Assembly: GCF_026571515.1 (NCBI RefSeq)
Contig: NW_026855873.1
Location: 62,001 to 126,000, forward strand
Length of the DNA stretch: 64,000 nucleotides
From: Ruditapes philippinarum
Lineage: Eukaryota
Direction of reading: 5' to 3'
Shown here: positions 25,719-44,700 of the stretch, piece by piece
Layout: every line of letters starts with the position of its first letter
Numbering within the stretch: position 1 is the first letter of the stretch
Notes under the pieces: model-generated
What the model was told of the DNA's origin: nothing
What the model saw: the letters and a program-made list of their open reading frames with translations, nothing else
Database searches by the model: none
Translations under genes and position numbers: made by a program

Positions 25719-26599
25719 CCTGAAATAGAACAATTACCCAATAATTAAGCACTTTTATCATAATAAACGACATCTCTTTTCACCAAAGAGTATGCAAATA
25801 ACCTTGGTTAATGATTTAGACTAGATTATCTATATGAAAAGTTCAACATCTTTTAGTGCAAAAATTCTTTCAAAATGGGGTTTTCCTGAGGTTGATAATG
25901 CCAATTATAAGCCCCAAATATTAATAGATTATATTCATTAATGCTGTACAAAGGTAAAGTCTAAGTATGTTCGTTCACTCTTGATACAATATTAACTTTA
26001 TCTGTTTAAAATGCATGAAAAGGAACAAATAAAAAAGTATCCAAAATTCGGTTTTATCCGAATACTTGTCAGAATGAATTGAAAAACTTCAATTTCAAAA
26101 TTTTGAATCACCTGTACAAGCGTTAAATTTCGTATGCGAAGTACTGAATGGTGCCATGGAAATAAAATAGTTTTGAAAATTTCATAAAATTGTATCTAAG
26201 CTAACTGTGACAGTAAAAAATTCGTCTGCAGAATAACAATCTTAAAGATCTTCTTGATTTATGTTGCAAAAATAACATTGTTTCATCGATCAAAGAGGTG
26301 AAGTCCATACACTTTACTAAAACAAATTGAAAATCGTTTAATTATTAACATGTTTGCAAATTTGTTGATAAAAATGTTGTTTTTGTTAGATTGCTTTTTT
26401 TATTTTATTGACATTAACATACATTGACAGTTTTATCTTTTTAATTACATTTATGTCCCTGGTTTTGTGGAGGATTTCTACCAAAAAGTGCTTATTTTGT
26501 CATTGTAAACTGATGATCTATCAAGGTATCACAAACATGTTAAGTCTGTTACAGCTGCATTCCTTTATAAAAAAAACAGAAGGATTGATACCAGGCTAT

Positions 26600-26830
26600 T
26601 AATTTTCTACAAGATTGTTGATGGACTGATTCGTTGCCTCCTTATATTATACCTCCTACCTTGCTCATTAGACACATGCATCCCTTTCTTGTAGACACAT
26701 ACAATATATGTACACTGTACTCCATATTTATCTACTTTCATTTCACCCAGCAACCATTATACTTTGGAATTCTCTACTGGCCAACGTTGTACCAGCCACT
26801 CCCCTAGATCAGTTTAAGAGTTTTAAGAGT
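26600..26830 (+). mobile_element. Short 3' remnant of a similar LINE in the opposite orientation
   Basis: Decayed FYKI..GL...and YSF.P.TI.LWNSL-like coding traces. Confidence 0.4.
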
Positions 26831-27479
26831 ACACGCTGTTTTAAGTTTTAACTGTATATTTCATCTTTTTAAATCAACTCGTTTTAAATTTCTCACAAAT
26901 ACATTTTGTATTACTTTATTTTCTCCCTTTGATTACTTGCACAGTCACGCATAGAGATAGATAGACATAATTATGTGCAGATGATTATATATATATAGAT
27001 TGTTCATAATAAAGGAAAACAGTAGACAATTATAACTTTTACCAGAATGCAAAAATTCTGGAATAGCTGGGACATAAACGGATATCCCAAAGAATAGGGA
27101 GATCTGCCGCTCGAGAGTGAAAACCAACAAGAACAAATGCATTCATGAAAATAACAGACTTGGTTTCTTTGAGATTGGTTTAATAATGTGGTGTAAGTAC
27201 CATGCGGCCACGAGCTTACTATAAATTTGCAAAATTTATAATTGTAGACCTGTATGAATGTAAAAATACAACAATTAATTTGTAATCAGTTTTATTTACA
27301 TGAACATCTACATCTACATTATACTGCTTCAAAATCGTTAATGATTACACTAAGCAGGTGCGTTGTCTGGGAATAGCTGTTGAAAACAAATGTGTTAAAT
27401 GCAAATTTATAGGTACAAGATAATAGCAAGTTAAAAAGAGAACTACAATGTACAAGACTGAGATAAAAAGTTAAAAGCA

Positions 27480-28290
27480 AAGGTGACTTAGAACTAGCTG
27501 GTAAAAAGGATGCAGCTGCAGCTTGGAAGGACACGGGAAGGCCATTTCACAGACGAATACTTCTGGGGAAAATGAATAGGAGTGGTATTACATGTCCTTG
27601 AGTATGGTATTAGGTAGTTCAGGTTTCTAGTGGGTGTCAGAAGGTGATGGTCGACCCTCATTCGATTTTGTAGAGTATGATAACAGAGCTGATGTTGCGC
27701 ATCTGCTCTAGAATTTGCCAATTTAGATCACTAAACATTTTAAATACACTGCTGGTGTAATTGTAGTCGCTGTATACATATCTGGTAGCTGGCCTTCGAA
27801 CTTGTTCTATTTTGTATACCAGATATTTTTGCCAAGGATGCAAAACCGTGGAACAGTATTCTAACTTGGGGCCGTACATGAGTTTCGTAGGCAGTTGTTT
27901 CTTTAACCTATTTGTTGGAAGTTTTAACATTTCTTTTTATAAATCTGAGTGAATTGTTTGCTTTTGCTTTTATGTTTTTAATGATTGGTCCAAGATAAGT
28001 CTTTACTAATTTTTACACCTAAATATTTTGCAGCCTCGGTGGATGTTATAATAGTTGTTGACCATGTAAATTATAAGGGAATGTTATTGGATGTTTCTTG
28101 CGGCTGATACTAAGGACTTCACATTTTTCCTGGATTTTAAATTCCATGGAACAATCAGATTCCCAGTTTTCAAGCCTGTTGAGACCTTTTGGAGGGTTTG
28201 AACGTTGCCATTGCCTTGTTGATCTTCATTCTTGTTTGTTTGTGCATCTTGCAGTTGGGTTGATTTGATTGTTAGATATACTATTGTATT
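27480..28290 (-). mobile_element. Degenerate L2/CR1-group LINE, 3' part of the reverse-transcriptase ORF
   Basis: Frameshifted motifs PKLEYCSTV.HPWQ...IEQV.R.ATRYV..DY.YTSSV..M...LNW..LE..R.......LYKI, plus upstream KYLGV-like and KANNSL-like segments. Confidence 0.75.
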
Positions 28291-29504
28291 GCAACTGAAA
28301 CATCAATAGAATAGAAGAATTTAATTGGATTTTTTTAATTATCCGCTGTCATGTAATGACCATGTAATAGAGAAAGTCTACCCAACGTGCAACAGCGATT
28401 TTAAAAAAGGAAGGGCTTCCCAACATAGGAAGCTATATATCGTCAGTTGGTTTTTCTAATCAAGTGTATCGAATGTCTCCCGTTATATCCGTATTTTATT
28501 TATTTTTTTAATCACGAAAAAATAATATACATTTATTTCGTTTGAAATTGAAATTGCTTATCATTATTCATATCAGTTATTATTCATATGGTTATATTTG
28601 TTTCGTTTATATTTTCATTTTTTAATATTCGAAGCTGAGAAACAATACAATTTTGCTAGCTCTACACAACAAAATGGTAAGAATGAGAAATCAAAAATAA
28701 TTGATCGTGATTTTACCTAAGATTTATAGGTAGCTTTAACATTTTGGTACCAGAGTAAAGTCAGAATTAATAATAATATTACTTCCATTCATATCAAATC
28801 AGTTCGCGATATGACAATGAAGAAATATCTATGCTAATACCTGCCGGCCGGCTCTGTGTCATGTGTAATTATGTGGGTGGGGTAATCATGATGCATTGTA
28901 ATTAGAGTCAAATCGTTCTTAACCACAACCTAGCTCATGTTAAATCAGTCCACGAATATTTTAGCCAATTTAAAAGGTCCTATCTGAACAAGTGTGAAAA
29001 CCAACACGTTTTAGGTGTGCATGGGAATTATAAATTAAAGAAATGCCCAAAGTTGGTTAATCAATTAAATGCAGGTACGTTTATATACCTGGCTAATGCA
29101 GGCCAATAAATCTGTAAGACTGGGTCTAAAGTATTTTCGTTAAGTCAGTGTGGCCCCAAAATAAGTCTGGATATGTTTATAATTTCATTTTTCTTTTCAA
29201 TTGTTTCCTTGTGGGCTAGATTAAATACATGTAACACATTGTCATTGCAAATAAATAAGCGATTGCTCTTTGGGCTGACACAAAAGCTGAATTTAATTTC
29301 AAAAATATGAATAATTGTGTGAAATTTAAATTATCAGAACTGAATTTATTAGATGGAATTTATCACAGTATGACAATATTGAACATTTATTTTAAAGACA
29401 TTGTATTCATCATTTTACAAATACACCGATTTACAGTTTCCGAACTAGCAGACAACAGGCTATTCTTAACAGTAGAATTGCAAGTAAAGATAACCGGTTG
29501 CGTA

Positions 29505-29595
29505 TCTCACTGTATCACAGATATATAACAACGGATAGGAAACTCTGAAAATAGACCAGAGTCCGATTCAGACCCACAATCCTTTGCGCGCTTCG
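29505..29595 (-). promoter_or_regulatory. Putative HERC1 promoter / first non-coding exon
   Basis: ZNF143/Staf-like acccacaatcctttgcg (29572-29588), local CpG enrichment, and a minus-strand donor GTGAGA at 29510-29505. The HERC1 ATG exon has an acceptor, so an upstream exon must exist. Confidence 0.4.
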
Positions 29596-29622
29596 GTGAT
29601 AATTGGGCTTTACCACTAGTAA

Positions 29623-30132
29623 GGCCCCCACTGTTACACGTTTAAACGGATTCGTTTTGATTTTCATTTGTAAACGTTTACGATATTTTTTACCGTTTAA
29701 TCAAAATGACCATATAATTCTATTGTCTTACAAAATAAATATCTTAATCATTGCCTGTAATCATGAATTCTATCAATTCTCATTAATTTATTCCAAAGTA
29801 AAAAATGGAAAATGGGTGTTTACAAGTCCCTTCAGACAACATACCGTGCATTAATCACTCGTGACATAATACATTTTTGTAAAGTTGTTTTTCCTTTGAT
29901 CTATCAAATGAGCAAAATGGGGATACAATGCAGAAAACGTGTGCGGACTCAATCGTGATGAGCCTTGAACATTATTTATTTGTACATGTATTAAAAATAG
30001 AAAGTAAGTCAGAAATTGGTGACTCGAATACATGGTGTAGTATAGTACAAAGAAATACCACCGTTTAAATGGCATCTTTTCGGTTTTTAACAATCATGTA
30101 AACGTTTACAAAAAATTGTAAACGTGGGAGCC
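29623..30132. mobile_element. Zator-like MITE
   Basis: GGCCCCCAC...GTGGGAGCC imperfect TIR, TWA flanks (TAA / TTA), subterminal aaacgttta repeats. Confidence 0.6.
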
Positions 30133-30198
30133 TTACGCGCTAGTCTCCAATTTTTATGCTATCGTTTAACTTCGGCGATATCCGTGAATTATTGCTTA

Positions 30199-32012
30199 GG
30201 CCACATTTAAAAAAGTCTTTGTTTGCTGTCTCCCGACCCTACTTTTTAGAGTTGGGTAGGTAGGTAGGGATTTTTTTTTTTTTTTTTTGGAAATACATAC
30301 ATGTTTTTGGTTTGATTCTGTTTGTTGGAAAAAACGGTTTAATAAAAATGCGAATAAAAATTTTTAAAATTGATATATCTTACTTTTTATTTCAGTTTGT
30401 ATATCTTTCAATTAGTCAATACAAGAAGTATAGTTCTTTTTAATAAAAATACATGTAACAAAAGCAAAATTTCAAACATTCACCCAACATGTGAGAGGAT
30501 GACTAAAACACACAAATATACTCAAATATATTATGCAAAATAACTACTGAACAACAAAAGGCATCATTATACATCAACAGTTTAAAGTCTGCTTACATTT
30601 TATTTTCACTGAAATGAATAGTTAGTAACACAACCAGAAAAACAACTTCAAACACTAAGCAACTTCAGACAAGTAAACAGTTAAGCCACAGTATACCAAC
30701 AAAATTTAGGTTCACAGTATTCATTTTTTATAGGACATCTATGGGGAATGTCTTTCTTGTGGACATTGATGCATTGCTCATAAACTGGAAGTACAATCCT
30801 AAACTTTGTTAACAGTTCTGGATTTCTCTGTGCTTCTGGCTCATCACAATGGGCACAAATATCTGGTCGTCCAATGTTGGAGGCACAGTAAGGGAACTCC
30901 ACGTGAGATTGGCATGACATCTGCAGTCATACAAACACTCTCCCTTGCAGAGCATCTCCTATGAAAACAGACAGAAGGCTAGACTTTATGCAATACAGAT
31001 TTTGCCAAAAATGCAATTATTTTAACTTTTTTAATTATACAAACACCATGGGAAATATGTAAGAAAGAATAAAATCAGGTTTCTACTTTCAGTTGATTAT
31101 GTAAAAACATTTTGACATCACTATTTCAAGAAAATAAGCACAACAATGTGCAATACCAATACTAACCATCAACTGTAATGACTGAAACACAGTTGTAATC
31201 AAATTTCTCAAGGTTGTGTTTTAGAGATCATGTTTCCCTGTCAATTTATTCTTGGAGTAAATACACCTTGGTTTATCCGCATTCAGTGCCTTGCATTTTG
31301 AGCCACTAGAAGACTATTCTTAAAGCCCTGCAATAATGAGAAAATGTGATAAACGAGTGCTGAAATGGTTCAAATACTAAGACAGGTGGTACTGAAAACA
31401 ATAAGATTAGTGCATTTGCTGGTTGAAGAAAATGATTTAATATTAAAAAAATACTGGTACTTATAAATGAGTGAGTACATACAAGAAACTTTATTTATTT
31501 ACAAAAACTTTATTTTAAGTCGATTACATGAGCACTCAGTAAGTTTTAAACCCAAACCAGTATTTAAGCATACCGTAAGAACATGAAGAACGTCCGATTT
31601 TTTTCGGGTAAAAATCCTCGACGTCATTCAACAGATCGACCCATGCCCAGACAAATTCATTCTCGTGGAGGTTATTTTTCAACAAAGTTGAATAAACGTA
31701 ATAATAAATGTTGACGAGATGATAAAATACTCGTCTTCTTGAAGATCTTCTAACTTTCGTTTTGCAAAATTGTAACGGATGTGTACACAATCGACTTTTA
31801 CCCGGCGGTACTTGATAGTCGATACACGTGACGAATAATACGCGGGAACCAGAATACTACACGCCGTTATTGAACGGATATCGGTAAAAATATGCGGCAC
31901 CAAAAAAAAAAAAAAAAAAATGGTCGGGGAGAGCAAATAAAATTTTTCGGAGCACAACGTTTTTTAAGGGTCGGTCGGGAGACAGCAAACAAAGCTATTT
32001 TTAATTTAGGCC
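30199..32012 (-). mobile_element. Internally deleted Zator-like DNA transposon with decayed Cys-rich transposase C-terminal fragments
   Basis: About 40-bp imperfect TIR (GGCC...ctttgtttgctgtctcccgacc) and a 3-bp TTA TSD at 30196-30198 and 32013-32015. Minus-strand remnants read CQSHVEFPY...PDICAHC...VLPV..QC (30681-30920) and KPRCIYSKNKL (about 31240-31275). Confidence 0.7.
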
Positions 32013-32149
32013 TTACATTGCCAACATGGATTTTCATTGGAGAAATATTTGTGTGGAAAAGTGTGTTTTTTACGTGTTAGAATAAATAAATATTGCTTCT
32101 TATATAAGTAGAAAAAGTTTAGTCTTTTTTGTTGATGTACCTCCGGGGA

Positions 32150-32290
32150 TTTAATATGGCGGTACTTTGGCTACTTTTACCCAAGATGCATCAAATCTCG
32201 CAAAATCTCGCAACATATGATAACTTGTGGGAACACAATTCCGAAGATACTGATTTTAACTGTGTGACGTCACAGTCTCTTCTCCATCTT
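32150..32290 (+). promoter_or_regulatory. Putative PSMA4 promoter
   Basis: YY1-like aatatggcgg (32153-32162), ZNF143/Staf-like ctacttttacccaagatgcat (32171-32191), tandem tctcgcaa, and palindromic CRE tgtgacgtcaca (32263-32274). Confidence 0.5.
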
Positions 32291-33302
32291 ATATATATTT
32301 AGCTCCATGACTGTATAAAACATAAGTACAGTCATGTAAGATGGTTTGACTTGTGGTAGGTTTAACCGTAAATTTAAAAACCTTTAGTGTCAAACTATGT
32401 GTTGAAATATATGCTGAGAAGAAGCTAAGATCACAAGCTTTTCATTGGTGTAATAAATTTTAAAATCGGACATTAAATCGCACCAAACTAGCGGTTTAAA
32501 AATTGCTAAATTTGCATTGTTTTGGCATTAAACTTGCTCATAGATATCAATTTTACTCAAAGAGATAAGGGAAACAACTAGTATTTTTCACTTGTATACC
32601 TCGGTTATTTACATAGATCATATAGAGACTGTCAATGGGTGTATTATTTGGATTATTATGCACTTTTTTTTTTGAAAAGAAAAAACAAAAAAATAGAACT
32701 AAATAAATATTAAAATGTGGCCCGGCTAAACAAAGACAGATTGATTTGGGGCCGGATTGACAAATTTGCAGACAAGTTCATGTCTTTATCTGTAAATATT
32801 TACATTGCACAAATATTGTTATACTATTTATAGTTTTGTTTCAATATTACACAGTCTGACAGATTCTTTTGTGGTCAATCTAGCTAGATCAAGCATTAAC
32901 ACACTTGGAAATATACAAATAACATAAAAACTTTAAGGATTAAATGTTTGCAAAACTTGAAAAGTGACATAAATTTCACCACAAAAATAATTGACAAGTC
33001 TTAGGGTAAATACACTTAGCCAATCAGATAGCTTGAAGTGAGTGCTGTTAATGTTGTCTGTCATAACAAAAGACAACTTTCATTGGAAGCAATAACACAG
33101 GACTATTCAGTGCATTTTGGAAATAGAAAAAGAAAAAAAAAATGAAAAATTTCATCAAGCAATCTGAAACTCTTTTTATGGACCTGTCTCCCTGTCACAT
33201 GTGACCTGTCTTTGGTTAGTAAGTTAGACAGGTTAGTCCCTTGGAAAGTCACATATGATAAGTTTGGCTGTATCTTCCAAATGGTAAATAGTGTCTTTTT
33301 AA

Positions 33303-38187
<4,885 letters not shown>

Positions 38188-40639
38188 ATAAATTAACAAT
38201 AAGGTATGTAAAATGTAAGTAAAATGTAGATAAAAAGAAAGAACAAGTTGCATTGGTAGTTGTGTTATTTCTATTGATGTCTGTAGATTGTACCATGTGA
38301 CTGTCTAATATAATTCTTGTATTTGACACTGTATTACAATTATTTTTTGTCAAAATATCATTTAAATTACAAAGGTTGTTTGTAATTAATACAAAGGTTA
38401 TTTGTAGTTCAATATCAAAGTTACCAAAGGAATCACAAAATAAGTGTTAATACTCTATGTAAATGGTTTAATCTTCCAATAAGATGGGGTGAAATTTCTC
38501 CCTGACAATTGATTTTGGATATTGCATTTAATTGTCATTTATTCCTCAATCAGTTAATCACTTGCAGAGAAATTGGTAATTGCTGGTAAGTTATCCAGGA
38601 AAGTCAGATAGATGGTTCAACTGCCATGTTATGACCAAAAATATTTGTATAAATCAGCATTAAACCAAACATACAAATGTTGTAATTTAACAAATTTTAT
38701 GTCTGTGTAATTTTGAACACAGCTTGAAAAGTCAGACTGGCAACCAGTATTGTTTTTTTCAGCAGTGCACTGGTACAAAAATCTGTCTGTATTGAACAGG
38801 TTTGACAAACTGTACATGTATTTTGAAGCATACAATTGTTTAATATAATTATTTCAAGTTTTCTTATGTAACTTCTGAAACAGTAAATCAATTTTTGAAG
38901 AAACATTTCTTTTATCTTTTCATATACATGCTATATAGTGATAAACTATTAGTGTTGAAAAAATTAACTTTATTCTTTGAATTATTTTTTCAGATCTGAA
39001 AGGTTTTAAGACGTCAAGTTTCTCGCATATTGTAGAAAGTTGACAGCAGATGTGAATCAAACAGATGCATTGTTCTTCATTGGATATTAAAATCATTTCG
39101 TTTTAATACAACACAGACTACTTTGTAATTTTCTTTCATTTCCTTTATAAAAAAATGATAGTCAATAGGATTTAATATTTTATGGGGGAAAAATGTCTAT
39201 ATATTGAAAACTTGACTTTTGTAAGGAAGTAAAGCAGTAAATAGAAAAGTGAAATTATTGCAGCATAAGTGTCTATGATATTCTTAAAGTGCTTCTTGTA
39301 TGAAAAATTAATTCATATAATTTACATTTATATATGTCTGAACTGTCAATAGTTGTGTGTAAACTTACTGTTAATGTTTGACAGATCATTTTGAATCTAC
39401 ATTAAATAAATATTTTGATCAAATGTCCTTGTTGTTGCTGTTGTACCAATTATAGTTGACATATATATAAGATACATTGTTTACATTCTAGTAATCCAGG
39501 GTGGCTGTTTTGATCCTGGGGTGAGACAAAACTTGTACTCATTTGTCTCTTTACAGCTGATTCAGAAATCGTGTGTGATTAGTAGACTCTCACTAACAGT
39601 TAAATTGAGAATTAATGGTTATCTATGAAAGTCAGTTTAGTTGATTGAGTGCCGTGATACAAGAAAATATGGACGTGAAAAAAAGCCAGAAAAACAAACT
39701 GATATTTAATTTAATAAAAAAAATGTAAAATTTCAGGAAACTTCCACATGGTAAAACTTGTTTCGAGGGACAAAGGTTCATGCCTAACAATGGGTACGTT
39801 CCTGATCATAAAAATCTACCAGTGGTGTCTTTCTTAACCTATGGACCAATAGTGGAGCTTAGTGCTTTGATAGTCTAACTATTGTACTTGGAAGTCAAGA
39901 GAATATGTTACCCGTTGATTCATGTATGGGCAGTATCTTGGCTCCTTGTATTTTTTTAACTTTTGACATGCTGAATTTACTAAATGGACTTGTTATCCAT
40001 AGTCGATTTGAGGATATGATGAAAATTAAATTTAAAAGTAGTTGGCCAATAGTATAGTACCTTGTAAGTCTACATGTTAGTGCAGGCTGACCTAGGACTA
40101 GTATACTGATGTCAGTTCAAGTGGGTTAAGAGTTTAAGTATTGTATTGAACATTACATTCATAGCTGTTTGGCTCCAGATTCGAGAGTGTTTCTATAAGC
40201 TATAGACTTCATACTAAATTGAACTTAAATAAATTAATCACTGAGTGCAAAGTGTAATCAGTTTGATCCCGAGTGAGGTCATATAATCAACTATTGTATT
40301 AAAAAAAAAAGATACTGGTAAGGTCCTGTTCAACCCTTACCCTGCTTGAACCAAAAATATATAACCTTTTCCACCAATATAGAGCTAGACCAGGATGCAC
40401 ACCTGTACAGTCTGACCAGGCTCTTTACTGTTGGCTAACTTGAGATTTTCATCTTCATATTGCTACAATGAAAAATGGATGGTTTCAAAAAATTAAAGCT
40501 GAACAAGTCCAATTAAGAAATTCAGAAGGTTAACTAGGATGTTGATAGTTATAAGGACTGGTCAGCAAAATGTTGGTATATGAATGGGTAGGGGGTTATG
40601 GGGTTATTTTATTGGTTCTATACTGAAGGAGGACCAAGT

Positions 40640-41025
40640 CTCGGGAACTCGATGGCGAAGGTAGCTGACTTGCTCCTCACCGCTGTATGTTCAAAATCCG
40701 TACCCTATCCCCCAACCTTGAGAGACTAGATTCTTACATGTCCCTGATCATCAGGGACTTTTAGAGTCTGTCATGTGAGGAAGCTATCAAGCTAGCTTAC
40801 AAATATGCTCCCTTCCCAGCTCAGTGAATACACTCCCATTACTTCACAACAGTGAACGATAGTGAAACATTTGACTGATGCGCAGGAGAGTGACTAATAA
40901 AAGGTCAGCGGTTCTACTCAGTGGTATGGAATAGCACCTTAGGTCTTCCTCCACCAGTAAATCTGAAAAGTCGCCATTTTACATCAATAGTATTGTAGTA
41001 CCTTAAAACCCAACCAAAAATAAAA
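40640..41025 (+). mobile_element. Degenerate tRNA-derived SINE (related fragments at about 34440-34620 + and 11430-11540 -)
   Basis: Shared blocks gaggaagct.tc.agct and ggtcttcctccaccag across the three loci. Confidence 0.5.
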
Positions 41026-41719
41026 CAGAATTCTTTCTGCAATAAGTAGGTGCGGTAAATTTTAATGCCTGGCATTGTCAAAATACTTGCACACTGGTAA
41101 TCTTAGCTACAAATAACAATAAAAAAGATATACAAGTTATTGTATTTTATTCTGCAGATAAACAAGAAAAAGGACACAGCTAGAACATGCAAAATAATGA
41201 AATCTAAAACAATTCCAATTTGTCCACAAAATTAATGTTTACACATAACAATATGCAATTCATAATAAATAAATAAAAATAATAATAAATAAATAAAAAT
41301 AAATAAAGTATGCATATTCCAAATAGCATACATTGGTCACACAAAAAAGTAACCTCACATTTTTTTTTCACTTATCGAAATGGTTTAAATGGACTAACTA
41401 AATGATTTAAACCTGAAAGGGTGGATGAAGTATGCTTATGAAAGTGCAAAAGTAAGCAATAAATGCATATACTATAAATTTGCACAATTCAAATGGCCAT
41501 CTTCAAAAGTATTTTTAAGCTTATCAAACACAACTCCACTTCCCTATACTTGTAGTAACCATGTATCACATGGTATATTTACCAAATTTGTCAATGGATT
41601 GTTTTCAATTCAATCTTAAAAAAAAGAAAAAAAGGTCATTTAACTCATTTTCATCACAACTTTTTCTAATGTTGAAATTTATTTAAAATTTGTGCCATCT
41701 TTGTTACATTGTATAAGAT

Positions 41720-44700
41720 CTATTGAATTAAAGGCCCCACTGGGTCAGCCGGAATTAAGAGATCATTTTGAGTGTTGTTATTATCTACTGAAGCCACTTG
41801 GTCGACTGTTGAAACTGGATCTGCAAGAATTACTGTATCAATAGGATGCACCGATATAGTAGACTCTCCTGAATTTATAGGATTAACAGCTGGATTAGTT
41901 TCTATTGTATATACTGGTTCTACTGGAGTAATCGAGTCTACTGGTAATGCAGAATCAATTATACTGGTTTCAGCTGGTTTAACAATGTCTAATGGGACTG
42001 AAGTTTCAACTTGAACAGTGGAGTCTACTGGTGTAGCAGGATCTACAATAAAACTGGTTTCAGCTGGTTTAACAATGTCTAATGGGACTGAAGTTTCAAC
42101 TTGAACAGTGGAGTCTACTGGTGTAGCAGAATCTACAATAATACTGGTTTCAGCTGGTTTTACAATGTCTACTGGGACAACAGTGTCTGCTGGAATGATC
42201 GAGTCTACTGGTACTACTGGATCTACATCATTACTGGTTTCAGCTGGTTTTACAATGTCTACTGGGACAACAGTGTCTGCTGGAATGATTGAGTCTACTG
42301 ATACTACTGGATCTACAACATAACTGGTTTCAACTGGTTTAACAATGTCTACTGGGACTGCAGTGTCTGCTGGAATGATTGAGTCTACTGATACTACTGG
42401 ATCTACAACAATACTGGTTTCAGCTGGTTTCTCAATATCTACTGGAAAGGCAGTGTCAATTTGAACAGTGGAATCTACAATAACAACAGGATCCACAACA
42501 ATACTGGTTTCATCTGGTTTGACAATGTCCACCGGGACTGCAGTGTCGACTTGAACTATGGAGTCTACTGGTATATTAGGATCCACAACAATACTGGTTT
42601 CAGCTGTTTTTGCAGTGTCAACAGTAGAATCTAATGATAGGACAGAATCCGTGACAAGACTGGTTTCAGCTTGTTTTACAAGGTCAACTAGAACAATTGA
42701 ATCTACCGGTAATAATGGATCTAAGTTAATAATTGAATCAGCTGGGTTTAATGTGTCTAGTGGAACAGCAGAGTAATCTTGAACTAAGGTATCTACTGAT
42801 GATACAGGATCTACAACATTGATGGTTTCAGCAGATTTCACAGTGTTTTCAGAGACATCGGAGTTTATTTGTACATTTGAATCAACTGCAGTGTCGGCTA
42901 AAATTACTTGGTCTTTGGGGACAATAGACTCTTGTAGACGAATGGGATCAACAATTTTTACTAAGCTTTGGATTAAAGAAACGATATCTGTGTTTTGTCC
43001 CAACTCTTTAGCTAAAAGTGTTTTAGCTGCTAAAAGTGTGTTTCCTTCGCCTAATTCATGATTCACTTCTTGCTTTATCGGAGACTCTGAATTTGAATCA
43101 GGTTGTTCTTGATATATGAAAGAATTCTCGGGAAACACCGCCCCTGGATACGCGCCTTTTTGTTTATTAACTAAGTTGAGTTTTTTTAACTCGTGTGATA
43201 AAAATTTCTGAGATGGCCCAGTTACAGTATTTCGATTTCTTCTTGGTAATTCGGATCTGTGTGGAGTACCAAACTGTACAGATGTGCCCTCGGAGTTTTG
43301 CTCAATGTTAAAATGCACTGGACGATTGTCAGTATTCACTGTATTTACTATATTATACCTATTATCAATTCTTGAATCATCATCATCATCCGAGTTGGAC
43401 CTAACTGTAATCGTCCCGAAACGTGGCATTTGTGTTAGTCTTAGCGTCTGGTGATTGTTGCTTCCTGGAGTATTATGTGAGATTTGTAACCTTTGATTTG
43501 ATCTTGATCTTAGACTCGGTCTAAATCTCCCGTTTTGAATAAGCCTCGTACCATAGGGTGATCTCAGTAGAGCTATATAACCTCTTGTTCGTGATCTATA
43601 TTCCGTGCCTCGGTTTGAATCTGTTCCTATGCGCCGGTTTGAAAGTATTCCCGTGCGTCGGCTTGAAAGTGCTCCCGCGCGTCGATTTGAAAGTATTCCC
43701 GTTCGTTGGCTTGCAAGTGTTCCAGTGCGTCGGCGTGAAAGAATTCCTGTTGGCTGGCTTAAAAGTAGTCCAGTATGTCGGCTTGAAAGTGTTCTCCTAC
43801 GTCCGTTGGAAAGTGTTCCCAGTCGCTGGCTTGTAAGTGTTGGAAACTGTCGAGTTCCTGACAGTATCCTTGACCTTCGCAATATTTGATCTCCCTGGAT
43901 CACTGTCGCCGGTAAATATTGCCTCCTTGGAGTTCTTAATACTCTTAGCCGGCGGCTTCCATCCTGGCGACTTCCTCTTTGTACATGCAAATTGTGTGAG
44001 TACTCCAATTGTCCAGGTCGTAATTGCCCTCTGCTATTGAGAATGGTTGGATTTAATTGAAGGGTAGACCTTACGACTTCTTGTCGGTGAATGTCTGGAA
44101 GTGATCTAGAAGATGATAACTGAGTCCATGAACCACTAGGCCTCGGTTGAATCTACGAAAATAGAAGAGAGGTAGATACTTAAAAAAATAAAATGATTGC
44201 CAATAGTTATGATACCATTCGATTGCCTTAATTAAAAGAGCTCCACTGAATTCAATGCCTAAAATCCTTTGAAAAAATGAATTTGAGAATCTCACATAAA
44301 TCAAAATGAAAAATATAAAAATCATTTGAAAAAGGTGAATTTGAGAATCTCGCATAAATCAAAATGAAAAAGATTAAGGAATATATATAGTCAGAATGAA
44401 ATTTGAAATTTATATTTTAGTGTTTTTCTGAACTAAATTCGAGTTAAAGGCGTTTAAAGGCCTTTCAGTTTAGGTCGTTTTACACAATAAATATAATTAT
44501 TCTTGAAAGAAACGAGTGACTCGCCACGAATGATTAGAAATTAGTTATTAGTAAAGACCTCCATTCAGGATGGGAATTATCACGGTATATTTGTGTACGG
44601 TAACATTTGGTTACCGCTTATGTTTTTTGCTATTTTTCTATATTTCTTGCAATATTTGAATAAGAAACGTACACTATATTCCAGGCAAAATTTCTCCGAT

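Noticed and set aside
41772-44040. Several plus-strand ORFs opposite the repeat protein
   Set aside because: Antisense shadows of coding repeats; only the minus frame is continuous and has splice and signal-peptide support.
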